Below are positions 50,050-62,642 of a DNA stretch of 64,000 nt, piece by piece (within the stretch, counting starts at the first letter, position 1; each line of letters begins with the position of its first letter). Source of the DNA: Octopus vulgaris. Its lineage: Eukaryota. The notes below the pieces were generated by a model, which was not told the origin of the DNA, ran no database searches, and worked only from the letters and a program-made list of their open reading frames with translations. The stretch is from contig OX597821.1 in NCBI GenBank assembly GCA_951406725.2, forward strand, positions 101,432,001 through 101,496,000. Reading direction: 5' to 3'. The position numbers were made by a program, and so were the translations under genes.

Positions 50050-51177
50050 AAGTCAAAGTTATATTATCTTTAAAGTAGAGAGCAGCCAAATTCTGTGCTA
50101 TGCCACTGAAATGGAAATATGAAAAAGCATATTTATAAGGATTGTCTCTCACTACTTATGTAGCTAGCTTAGATTAGTTTGGCAGAGAAGGGTGGGTGTA
50201 TTTGGTACAAAATTGCTAGACACTTGAGCAATCAACTAACTTGTATTTCTGTATTATTTTTATATAGGTATGAACATCTTAAGATAAGCTGACACTATGG
50301 ATAGATAGTAGTAAAAAAGAGGTCAAGAATATGTAATGAGTGAAATTATATACAAATTAGGATTTCTTAGTGATATGATATCTTTTATATAAAATTAATG
50401 ACAAATCCATATTTTTGACAATATTTTCATGTAGCTTTAAAAATAGTTATCTTCATTTTTTTTTTTTTTCTCTTTTTCACTTGACATGTGGTTTGAGCAT
50501 TCATATATTGTGTGAGTTTTGGACAAAATTCTGATCCTTTAAGCATGTTTTAAAATGTTTGTTCTAGTTATTTGATTTCATTAGCTTTGCTACTTTCAAT
50601 TATTTTTAATTAATCATATGCATTTTTCTTTTTTTTTTTCTTGACTGATCTTGATGGCAGTCTATCTTATCTGGCTTAACTGTTGTTCTGAGTTCATTAT
50701 TTATGAAATATTCAGAGTATTTTAGTTTTTAATAGTTTGTGAAGTTATCTTTGTCTTTGCCTCAGTCTTGTTATGCTTCTATTTTACTTTATTATGGTTT
50801 AAAGGGAATAAATTAATTTGAGACAAAAAGGGAGGTTGCTTTTTTTTTTCTTCTTAAAGCCAATTGTCTGGTGACTGATATACTTCTTTGATGCAATTTT
50901 AACTTTAATTAATTCAAAAGTTTTGTTTGATATTCACATGTTTGTTAAAAGTTGAGTTTCATTCTTATTTTTACATTATGTTTATATTTCCATGTTGGCA
51001 CATGTTGGTTGGATCTTCAGCATTTGTATGGGATCATGAAACCACTATTTTAGGAAGAGATGAAATGTTAGTTGTTTCTCATTTGTTTTTAACTGATTAT
51101 GCTCAATTTTCATTTCTTAACATAAGAAAACAACAACTTATAACTTACTAAGCCCACCATCAAAAAACATTTATTAA

Positions 51178-51386
51178 CCCTTTAGCATTCAGACTACGGT
51201 CAGATGTAATACTTATTTGTTCTGAATTAATCATGCATTATCTAATAGCTTCAAGATATCAATGATGTGATTGTGTATTTTTAGAATGACATTGTAGGGT
51301 AGGTCTGATAGGCTGGATTTGGTCAGTTTGCACATGAAATGGGCTGAAAATTTAGGCCTGATATGACCAGATTAAATGCTAAAGGG
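51178..51386. mobile_element. piggyBac-type MITE (209 bp), intact copy
   Basis: TTAA flanks (51174-51177, 51387-51390); TIR CCCTTTAGCATT...AATGCTAAAGGG. Confidence 0.88.
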
Positions 51387-53099
51387 TTAATGACTTTTGT
51401 AAGTAGTTTGGAAAAGAAAAACAATGCATTAAAGCTCAGTCAATGTCCTTTTGAATAAAACTACTGAAATAAAAGTTACTGATTGATATTAGGAAAAGCA
51501 TTCAGCTGTAGAAACCATCTCAAAGCAGACATTAGAGCTTGGTGCAGTTCCTTAGCTCACCAACTCTTGTTGAACCATCCAACCAATGCCAGCATGGAAA
51601 AAAAAATGTTAAATGATGATGATGATTTTCAATTCTAATGTAATAAATTTTCAAACTAGTCAGGCATAGTTAAGTATTGTCAGAACTTGTAAATTATTAA
51701 ACGATGAAAATATTTTTCTTAGGAGCTAAGAAGTATTATTAACCATAATATTTCTGGCTACTAAGCAGCATTTAACTAGCATTAATTATCTTTTATACAT
51801 CTCTCTAGTGTTCTTAATATGGTAAATTTGTTTTCCTTTTCTCAGTCTGAGATGGAAGCTGCTCTACACAGTTGTATCAAAGCTTTATAAATGATCACTA
51901 ACTACTAAAAATCTGTATTTCTGTTTTTCAGTAGATGTGTGGCATTTTTTTTAGTTATGTTTGGAATATTGATGAATATGTAAATGAGAGTGGAATTTTC
52001 TTATTGAAATGTTCGTGAACAAAAAAAATAGTGGTGTCATTTTGTTTCTGGATTGAAAATTATGTACAGGTGCAACTGAGTGGTTAAGAAGTTCACTTTC
52101 CAACCACATGGTTTCAGGTTCAGTTTCACTGTGTGGCACCTTGGGCAAGAGTTTTCTTCTATAGTCCTAGGCTGACCAGTGCCTCATGAATGAATTTCAT
52201 TGATGGAAAATGTGCTGAAATCTATCATTTGTATTTGTCTCTCATTACTTGTCGACTGGTATTGGTTTGTTTACATCCCTGATAACCTGGCAGTTTGGAA
52301 TAAAGAGACCAGTAGAAATCAGTACCAAACTTAAAATATTATGGTTGAGCCAATCTAATATGCTCGAGCATCTTTTATGCCATCAAATATGATAAATAGT
52401 TCTGAGGAGATGGAGCATCACGAGCAGCTGTTATATGGATGAAAGTAGAGAAGATGGTATGGACAGGGATAGAGACTATCTTAATGCCTGTTGGGGAAGA
52501 TGTACTTAAAGTAAACATTTTTTGTTTATGTAGGGTGGTTGAATTGTGATATAAGAAAACATTTGAGATGATTGAATGAAATGCCTTGTGAATTAATTGA
52601 GTGTTGTTCTGAATATTCTGGAAACTGGTCATCCAAATGATGTCCTGTTTCACTCACCACATTTAAGGAATTACAAAGTTAACATTGGATAAATTATATG
52701 AAGTTAGTGGAACTACTATTAAATCAGCTAGTGACATGGAATTGAGTTTTTTTTAGACCAGTTATTAATAATATCCTATTTGAGATGAGGCAAGTATAGC
52801 AAGCAGAATGGGAGCATTTAAAAATGTAAGGAAGGGATATGAGCAGTCAGAGGAAAGAAAATGAAAATTGCAGAGAATAATTTGTTGAAGAGACAGAGGG
52901 CAGACAGATGAAGGGTCATAGGAAAGATAGCTGTCTTTAGGTGTGTGCATTTGGGGTTAAAATGCAGAGGTCTTGACCATGACCTAGGCTCACTGAAATG
53001 TAGAACTGACTAATGCTACATGGTATCTCTTGTGTGTTAGGAGGAAATTACACATTTCATTTGATTAGGAAAGAAAACCAGTCTTCACTACATAGTTGG

Positions 53100-55250
53100 C
53101 CAAACTGAAGGAGTTGTGAGAATAGGAAGGCAGTTCTAGTGTGAGTAATGGGATGAGAGGAGAAAAATGTTGGAGTTAAGGGTGTGATAAACAGATGGAA
53201 CTGTGAGGACTATAAATTTTGGAAGAAAGAGGGCAGCAGCAAACATCAGGCAGCTAGAAGAGAAGCTAAGCATATGTCAGTTATACTTAGTGAAGAGAAA
53301 TGTGGTTGGATTGGTAACAGCACAATTGCTTTTACCGATACTGAAAAAAAGAGGTATGAAAGTATTATTACAAGAAGTTGTTCAGTGAGGAGAATACATA
53401 GGTGAGAGAACACCTATTCCGAGAAGATTCAACAGTGATCAATGGTTAAAGTCAATGGTAGAATGGTCGAAAGCATAATGAATTGAAAGCAGCTGAACTG
53501 TCAAATATAACTGCTAAAATGCAGAAAATATCTAGCAAGGTGGGTCATACAGTAGTATTTGCAACAATCAGGTACTGCATGGAGGTATCACACCCAATGA
53601 CTGTTGTAGCAGTACCATTATCAACTGTTATAAGGGTAAAAGTGATGTATCAGAAAGGGGAAACCACAGAAGCAAAAGTTATGATAGTTACTGAAAGTGT
53701 TAAAGCACATCTGATTAGGAACAGAGGATGAGGTTTGAGTTTGTGCCAGGAATATGCACTACTAGTAGCATCTTTCTAATTAGACAACTGCAAAAGTACT
53801 TAACTAGGAGTAAGGCCTTAGATATAGCATTTGCTAAGCTGCTGTGGGCTTTTGACAGGCTCTGTATAGCGTAGATGAAGGACATACAAACTCTCTACAG
53901 AACTGCAATCAACAGTGAGTTTAGTGTGCAAGATAGAGGTCCACCAAGGCTCATTACTCAGTCCTCCAGGCTGTAACAGGAGTTTAACCCTTTGTGTTTG
54001 AGAAGACTTGTCAAGCCAAGTGAAATCATAGTCGTGATCAATACCATGCTAGTGACACAGAACAGGCACCTGTGTTTGTGACATGTAAAAGGTACCCACT
54101 ACACTCTTGGAGTGGTTGGTATTAGGAAGGGCATCCAGATGTAGAAACCAAGCCATATCTAACTGGAACCTAGTATAGCTCTCCAGCTTACCAGTTCCAC
54201 TCCAACTGTTTAAGCCATGCCAGCATTGAAAGCAGATGGTAAATGATGATGATTACTGTCAAATGTAATGCTTATTTATTCACATTGTTTTCAATTAATC
54301 ATGCGTTATCTTGTAGCTTCAAGATTTTGATTACATGACTGAGGTTTTAGAATGACATTGCAGGGTAGGTGTAAAATGCCAGATCTAGCTGGTCTGACCA
54401 TAAAACAGGTAAAATATTCGGAGCAGATGTAGTCAGTTGAAATGCTAAATGGTTAAGATTGGTTGTCTGTCAGAAGTTTTGTACACTGATGTAGTTCTTA
54501 TAGCAGAATTTAGAGAAGAAATTTCAAACACGAAAGCAAAAGTTGGAATGAAAAGGCCTCGAGGAAAACTTTTCTTAAACGTCCTAATCAGTGCAAACAA
54601 TGAATGCACAAATGGTATTGTGGGATATTAAACAAGTTGACAGTGGCAGTAAACTGACAGATGTATGGAAGCAGTCAGCTGTAAGAATACATGTAGAATA
54701 AATTTCTTTAATTACTTAGAAAACTCATTAGAAGTAGTTGATAGCTTTTATTACTTGCATGTCCCTAATTAGCAGTAATAGGGTGTTACTCAAGTATAGT
54801 TGCCAGGGCTCGATGGCAAAGAGAGTCCAGGAGCTGTTGTATGTGCTGGAACAGAGTAAAGGATAGATTGCATGATGTGTGTGTGCACAAAGTGCAGTAC
54901 TGCATGATAGTGAGACATGAGATTTGACTGTGGAAGCTATGTGATAGCTAGAAAGAGAAAATAGGATAGAACTCGAATGAGCTGAGAGGAAAGCTGGATA
55001 TAAGAGGAATCAGCTGAAATGTACAAGATAGAAGATTGTGCTGGTGTAGACATTCATATAGAGAATGTCAGTTGTATAAAGAAGTTCTATTTGAAGTGGT
55101 TGGAAGATATGGAACAGGAAACCCTAGTAAGACTTGTGACAAAGCAACTAAATCTCCCAAAGGCCCATGGTAAGTGGTGACTTGCTGTTTTAGGAAAGCC
55201 CTGCCCACTGTTGCAAGCATGGTTGCTCAAATGGTGGTTGAGATGTAAGT
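53100..55250 (+). mobile_element. Highly decayed RTE LINE, RT region split by the 53984 MITE
   Basis: VHQGS.LSP-like sequence before the MITE and GCLSEVLYTDVVLIAE (YADD region) immediately after it; decayed C-terminal region near 54950-55200. Confidence 0.65.
53984..54456. mobile_element. piggyBac-type MITE interrupted by a (GAT)n-tailed repeat and itself inserted in an RTE LINE
   Basis: TTAACCCTTT at the left end, AATGCTAAATGG-TTAA at the right end; the MITE body resumes after the gatgatgat tail at about 54253. Confidence 0.75.
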
Positions 55251-57448
55251 TATAATGTATATTAGGTTTCTTACTCATTGTATTCTTGTTAAACCTCCAT
55301 CTGTTGACTGTTGAACCTCTTCTTCATTACCCTTACATCTACCACTGGTCCTTCTCTCCTGTCCACTGTACCGTGCTGCATGTCTAATGAAGAATGGCTT
55401 TTGCTCTTATCAGTATTTGTTTCTTTCACTGTCACCCTTTATCACTTTACCTCTCTTCTGCTACTCACATAGCATCACCTATCTTTTGCTAGCCATCACT
55501 CATTCTCCTTTGTAGTCATCGATCTTAATTGCAACACCATTATGTTGCTAATTCTACATTTTTTTTCAATCTATTTACCAACAACCAGCATATAAAATGA
55601 CTATCTCTCTCTCTTCCTTACTTCCTTTCCCAACATCCTCTCAATCTTGTTTTGCTGTTTGCCTTGAAAGAACAGAAACAATATAGAGAAGAGAGGACTC
55701 AAGTTTTGCAGGGAACGAGGCAGGTTCTCTATTGCTGGCCCATAATAAAATGAGTACTTTCTGTATAGTAGAAACTATGCCAAAATGAAACACAAGCAAG
55801 ATGCGGTCTCCCATCCTATCTCAGAAGATAATTAATTCTGAATAAGAACTGAGATGACCCATGAAGGACAGGAAGAAGGCATAATATGATGATGATTAAA
55901 AGGGAGAGCCTTATTACGTGTCACTGGCATGGGTTCCTTTTCTGTATCACCAGCACTGGTCACGACTGTGGTTTCACATGGCTTGATGTGTCTTCTCAAG
56001 CACAGCAAATTGCCAAAGGTCTCAATCACTCAGTGAGACTCAACATTTGGTGGTCATGCTTCATTACCTTGTCCCATGTCTTCGTGGGTGTTGCTAAATT
56101 CTGTTTCCCCTCATCTGTGAAAATTAATAACATAAATAATTTTGCTTGTGCATATTTTAAAGCACCATGTCAATCCTGATTGAGCAAACTTACAAAAGGC
56201 ATTTTAACACATGTGTCTATATGTGTAAGAAGCTTGCTTCTCAAATATGTGGTCTCAAGTTTGATTGTACTGCAGGACACTTTAAGCAAATGTCTTCTAC
56301 AATTGCCTTGTGAGTGGATTTGGTAGATGGAAACTGAAAGAAGCCTACCACACACTCATGTATATGTTTGTATGTATGTATGTGTGTGTGTGTGTATACC
56401 CTTGTCTTGATATCACACAATGGTTGTAAATGAACATCACTGTCATACAATGTTGTTTGTTTCCAATCTTCTGTGAAAAACGTGTCTGGCTACAGGGTAA
56501 TGTATGAAGGTTGGTGACTGGAAGAACATTTGGCTGAAGAAATTTTGCCTCTGAATTCTATCCATTTCATGCCAGCCTGGAAAAGTGAACATTTAAACAA
56601 GGATGATATCTTGTCTTTGCATTAGTATTGTGTCCCTTAGAACCACATGCTCTTGAATCCTTCTTTTTTAAGACAGTAGATTGTGATACTGGAGTGATTT
56701 GACTACTATGCAAGCAGGTTGTGCAACCCTATACAAGCTCCCCTGTAACTTACATTTCATAGGTGATGCTGGCAGCTGTTATTGTTATCCCCCCAGTCAA
56801 TTCTGATTAAGCAGAGCTAAGGTCAAATGCATTCATTGTGACCATCCCATATTTGTCTGTTTTGGAGACCATGTGCTCTTCTTTATTTAAAGACAGTAGG
56901 ATATGGTTTGAGGGAGATTTGGTTGCTATTTCTTGCACATCAAGTAACACATATATTTCTTTTATTGCCCACAAGGGGCTGAAGCTCCTAGGGTAGTGCA
57001 GCTGTTAACACCAGTTAAATCTTTTTAATGATTTTTCAAGCACAAATTCTTTTCCAGTTTGATTTTAATATATCTATTTCCAAGTTTTAGCAATTTGTAA
57101 TAATTGCTCTTTATTTCATGATAAATACAGCAATGCATTAACTTTTTAGATTTGTATTTTTGCTTCCTAGAAGTTACATTCAGTTCATTTTAAATGATGT
57201 TTCTATTGATATCCAGACTCTCTCTTTCTCTTTCTCTTTCGCTCTCTCCCTCTCTCTCAGACTGCAGGCTGAAACTTTCAAGTCACTGTTGCATCTTTTG
57301 TAAATGTTTAATAAACATGTACTCTACAAAAAAAAAAAAAGGAAAGATTGAGTAATTCTTCAGTTTAATGTTAAATTGTTTTTATTATAACTTGACATAA
57401 AAACAAACATTAATATTGTGGGTGTATGTATAATACTTGAGATGGAGT

Positions 57449-58035
57449 TTAACCGTTTAGCATTCAGATGACTCTGTCAAATGCAGAGACCTATTGAGTC
57501 AAGTACATCAACATCAAAATGAAAATCAAATGGAAATTGTAGTTGTGATACCTGTGCCGGTGGCACGTAAAAAGCACCATCCGAATGTGGCCAATGCCAG
57601 CTCCGCCTTGACTGGTTTCCATGCCGGTGGTACGTAAAAAAGCACCAACTGATCATGGCCGATGCCAGCCTCCTCTGGCCTCTGTGCTGGTGGCACATAA
57701 AAAGCACCCGCTACACTCACGGAGTGGTTGGCGTTAGGAAGGTCATCCAGCCGTAGAAACACTGCCAGATCAGACTGGAGTCTGGTACAGCCTCCTGGCT
57801 TCCTAGACCCCAGTCAAACCATCCAACCCATGCTAGCATGGAAAACGGACGTTAAATAATGACAATTATTTTGAATTAATCATGCATTATCTTGTAGCTT
57901 CAAGATTTTGATGATGTGTGATTGTATATTTTTAGAGTGGTATTCTAGAGTAGGTGTGAGAGGCTGATTAGTTTAAACATAAACCAGATAGAGAATTTGG
58001 GTCTGATCCAGCTGGTTTAAATGCTGAAGGGTTAA
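57449..58035. mobile_element. piggyBac-type MITE interrupted by a (GAT)n-tailed repeat (about 57484-57863)
   Basis: TTAA-ccgtttagcatt...aatgctgaaggg-TTAA; body homologous to the 51178 copy. Confidence 0.8.
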
Positions 58036-58266
58036 ATGTCATGAAAATAATTCTCTTTCAGTAGGTTTGATATGTTTGTTTATATTTCTAGGAAGACTGT
58101 ATGCAGAGTATTACTTTATAAGTGGTTTAAATAAATATGTTTGAAACAATACAGACACGATGTTAATCAGTCTACCTTTCCTTCAATTTATATTATTATT
58201 GTTTAGAGATATAAACTAAAAAACAAAAAAATTCAACACTTCCTTAGAAACACTGATGAACTAGAG

Positions 58267-58518
58267 TAGTGGTTCCCAAAGTGGGCTGTATTGCCCCCTG
58301 GGGGCGTTGAAGAAAAGTGAGGCAATAATGGGTTGGCGAATTATATAAAAACAACAAAATAATGGGGTCATTAGGTTAAGTTTTTTTTGTGAAATACAGT
58401 TGCTTTGAATTTGGTGCAGAAAGAGGTCTATGTTTATGATGGTTAGTTGGGGTGAAGGCACTAGGAATGTGGCCTGGGTGTCAAGGGGGTGGCAGCCTGA
58501 AAAGTTTGGGAATCACTG
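58267..58518. mobile_element. hAT (Charlie-like) MITE
   Basis: Perfect 8-bp TSD AACTAGAG (58259-58266, 58519-58526); TIR tagtggttcccaaa...tttgggaatcactg. Confidence 0.9.
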
Positions 58519-61502
58519 AACTAGAGTGTTGCAGTGATTTATCTTGACACTTAACCCTCATCAGTTCAATTAGTACATTTAGAAAGTTTCTGTAGCTCTC
58601 CAAGCATCATTGCTATCATCATTGACTTCAAAGCATCAAGGTTGACTCTACATCATTTCCTACTTTTTGGGAACCCTTGCAATACATTTCATGTCTCAGG
58701 CAACCCCTACATTACAAATCATTGTATATCTTTATTAATCTTTTTCTTTCTCTTTCATAAACTTCTCAAGAGATTGAACAGACCATAAAACTATCTTTGG
58801 CAGTGCTAAATCCACGAGACTCCACAAAAAAATTGGTTTAAGGAATTTTGTCTTAATCGAGACCGCATTTAGATCAAATTACCTTACAATTCTTCATTAG
58901 TCTCTTTACTGCTTACAAATGATATGATTTCCTTGTCTGTGCATGTGTAATAGAATTGCAAATATAAAATTGAATATGAAAATTGCTCAAAAATAACTTT
59001 ACCTGTAATTAACATATTTATTAGTATTTCTCATAGAACTCAGTGTTTTGAAGAATCTTGGTTGGAAAATGCTGCTCTAAATGGTCCTTGACCTGCTAGA
59101 AATATTAGTCAAATCTCCTTCATATAGCACCTTACTGTCTAGTAAAAAAACGAAGCGACCTACTGGATTATGTAGTCCAGGGTACAATATACCTGAAAAT
59201 GTCACTAAGATCATGACTGATACCTCTGGAATAAAACTTTTCTTGGTTCTTCAAGAACAATATTATAGTAACCCTGAAGGAATTTATTAGTCATGAAGGA
59301 CTCATAAAGTCAGAGCTTAACCCAGTTTTCATAGAGGTATAAGTAATTGAATGGGACACTGGCATGTCACAGAATTAACTTACTAGCTGTTGCTAGAACT
59401 CATTTGCAGCTGAGTTGACCGGAGCAACATGGAATGAAATGTTTTGCTCAAGAACACAATATACTGTCTGGTTTGAGAGTGGAAACCTTGATCTTACAAT
59501 TATGAGTGTAACACCCTAACCACTATGCCATGCATTTTCACAAAGAAATTTCTAATCCACTTCATGACTACCATAACACTCATAAACTACTTACATGGAA
59601 ATAAAACTACTAAAATTGAAGATTACTCTTGAAACTACATGTCCAGAAGTTCTATATATCCCTTAAATATTGTCTTGCCTATCTGGTTCACTCAAAGACA
59701 GTGGCCTATGAAGGTGTCTCCTCATACCCAACCAATTTAAACTGCCTAAATGTACTTGACAAAGTAATCCTAAGTATTATATACCGGAAGAGACAACAGG
59801 ATGGTCATAATTTGAATATAGGTCAAATAAGACATCAAAAAGATAAATAGATCTTTGGGGTGTGCGTTGTTGTTTGGTTGACTACTTGCATGCCATAAGC
59901 CTGCAACATTAAATATGTCAACAAGCTCACACTGTTAAGTTGCCAACTCCCTCTAATAAGCTCATTAAAATTAGGACTGCTATTTATTAATCAATTCTCC
60001 TCTGTGTCTTCACTATCAGAATTGTTGATTATATAAAGACAGCATGATTCACAGGTATTTGAAGCATAAAAGTTATTTTGTCATTTGAAGTGTGGATTAA
60101 AGCTTAGGATGTCTGAAGTGAAAGACCCATGGGGTAAAAATAATCAACTAATTCTGTTATGAATCTACTGAAGATGTTCTAGCTTTTCCATTTCCCTATA
60201 TCTAAGAAAGTCAACCATCATTCTGAAACACTTTTATAGAATACTTTTAATGTGTCCTTTGTTTCCTTACGGCTCATAATCCCTAATATTTTGGTATCGC
60301 CTTATTTGTCTCTCTCTCATAATAAAGTGGGCAATAAGGAAACTGAAGCAGTGAACAGGGAATTATAGTTCTGACTCCACTCTCAAAAGTTTCACTAATA
60401 TCTTAGTTATCTTCACTCCCTATGGAGCCTTGATCATTGACAACTTTACTCCACTGTTTTTGACTCTTGGCTGTCCATTCTGCTTCCTTTGTGGGTTCAT
60501 ATGTTTCCCTGAGGGAAGGCCTTCCTCTCCAAGGTTTTGTTAGTTTTCAATTAATGCTTTTGTATTTTTTTCCCTAACAAGGGGCATTGGTCCTGTGCAA
60601 ACCCATTTTTACCTCTAGGAAGAGGTCCATATTAGTTTGGCCTCTATCCTGACCTATCCAGTATGAGAGGCCCTACCAAGAACTTGCTCTCCAGTGTCAT
60701 AGCTATGAGGGTCATTGAGATACACAAGCCACTATACTGCAACAAGGACAGAGATTTGTGGTTGTTGACTAATATCTACACCAGTTCGTTTCTACTGCCA
60801 CAAATCATAATTCCAAACAATATCCCAGCAAATGGCATTCACTCAAACTCTGAGGGAAGTTCATCAAATGAATTTTTCAAGTCTCTTATGAAGACCTTCA
60901 ATAAATTTTTAATCAACTTTCTAATCAATTAGCTGGCATGAAGCTATTATCATATTTTATTTACTGACTGCTATCACATTCATTAACTATAATCTACCAT
61001 TCTCTGTAAGATCTAACTATTTAAAGAAAGTCCTCTAGGAGTAAATAAAACATTATTAGCACAAGTAATTCAAAAGACCCAGTCTTCAACGGTGCTACAC
61101 TGCTTATAATACAGTTCAACTCCTGCTCTTTTCTGATACAATATCAATTAGTATATTATACTAATAAGAGTTTTTGTGAGCTTCATGCATTGGTGCTTGA
61201 CTAATTCTAATTAACTACTAAAATAAGCTGGTAATGACTTGTCACCAATTACTTATATCATCTGTTGTGTAACAAACATTTTCTCTTAATTATATAATCT
61301 TCCAAATTAATGCTATTTTAGTTTAGTAATTGCTTTTAAAAGTGAATGTCTGAAATCTACTCTTATAATCTAAGTATTTCAACTAAATGCAATTACTGTT
61401 TTATTTCCTATCTTTGTGTATGTATTGGCTATTTTTCTATTCGCTTTATGTCCTTTGTCTTGATACTGGCATATTTACTTGTATCTGTGTTTGTACTTTC
61501 AG

Positions 61503-61636
61503 TGAATCTGACTCACAAGTATCAGCTCGAGTATGTTACGTGAAGTTCGAAGACCCAAGCAGTGTTGGTGTAGCCCTTCACTTAACCAATACAGTATTCA
61601 TCGACAGAGCATTGATAGTTGTGCCAGTAATGGATG
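61503..61636 (+). CDS. SREK1: SREK1/SRSF11-family coding exon 2 (second half of RRM1); gene continues beyond the window
   Basis: tactttcAG acceptor in phase 2 with exon 1. ESDSQVSARVCYVKFEDPSSVGVALHLTNTVFIDRALIVVPVMD(G), closest to vertebrate SREK1 VCYVKF.DPSSVGVA.HLTNTVFIDRALIVVP. Donor GTAAAT. Confidence 0.95.
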
Positions 61637-62008
61637 GTAAATATCTAAACAATTCACATTAATTTCCATACAATTCAACGCTCACAGAATGAATTTTTAG
61701 TACTTAATTGAAATATTTAATTTCTGTTTTAATTTTACTTTTTTTTCTTTTCAATATCTTTCTCTCTTCTGCTTTTTTTTTTTCTTTCTTGCTTATCACT
61801 TAACACTTCAGTTGTTTTCTTATCTTTATTGTTATCTTTCCCTTCTATCTCTTCCATTTATTTCACACATTTTAAAAACTTTTTTAACATTTTGTTTTTT
61901 TCTTTTTAATTGGTTAGAAAGTGTTTATGTGTGTATTAAACACCCAATTGGTTAGAAATGAATTTAATTTAATTGGTTAGAAAGTGTTTATGTGCGTATT
62001 AAACACCC

Positions 62009-62212
62009 AGAAGGGTGTTAGGCTGTTCGAGGAAAAGCGCCTCAAGAGCCTGGACCAGAGGCAACAAACCCGAAAAGAGAAGATCCCCAACCCTACTTCT
62101 GCTGTTACATGCCCAACATGTGGCTGCGTTTGCGCGTCTGCCTTTGGGTTCCGCTCCCACCCCTGGCATCACTGCCGTCATTGCTGAACCCCGACAGACT
62201 TTTTATTATTAT
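62009..62212 (+). mobile_element. RTE-BovB-type LINE 3' end with CCHH finger and (TAT)n tail
   Basis: KGVRLFEEKRLKSLDQRQQTRK...TCPTCGCVCASAFGFRSH, followed by ttttattattatt. Confidence 0.75.
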
Positions 62213-62642
62213 TGTGTGTGTGTATAGAGAAAGAGACAAATGGGTCTACTATAAATGTACTTACAAAGATTATAAATGGATAAAGATGTACCCATAGAGG
62301 GATGAGCATTATGCTCACCAGGAAAAGAGCTTTTTCTTTGTTTCCAGCAACATATGCAGTCATGATGAGAGAGAGGTGACAGCCTCATTTTGACATGTGT
62401 TCCAGTGTTCTGAAGCATGTGTGTTATAATACAAGAATATATCTAATTTCTGGGCAGACATCATCATCTGAAGCAGTTCAACAAAAGGGTCCAATAGGAC
62501 AAGTACCAGACTTAAAAATAAGTACTAGGTTTGATTTGTTTGACTAACCCCTTCAAAGCAGTGGACTGTATGGGTGCAGTCCAGTGACTGAAATAAGAAA
62601 GAGAAGTAAAAGAGCATAGAAAATATATTTAAAAGGATGTTG

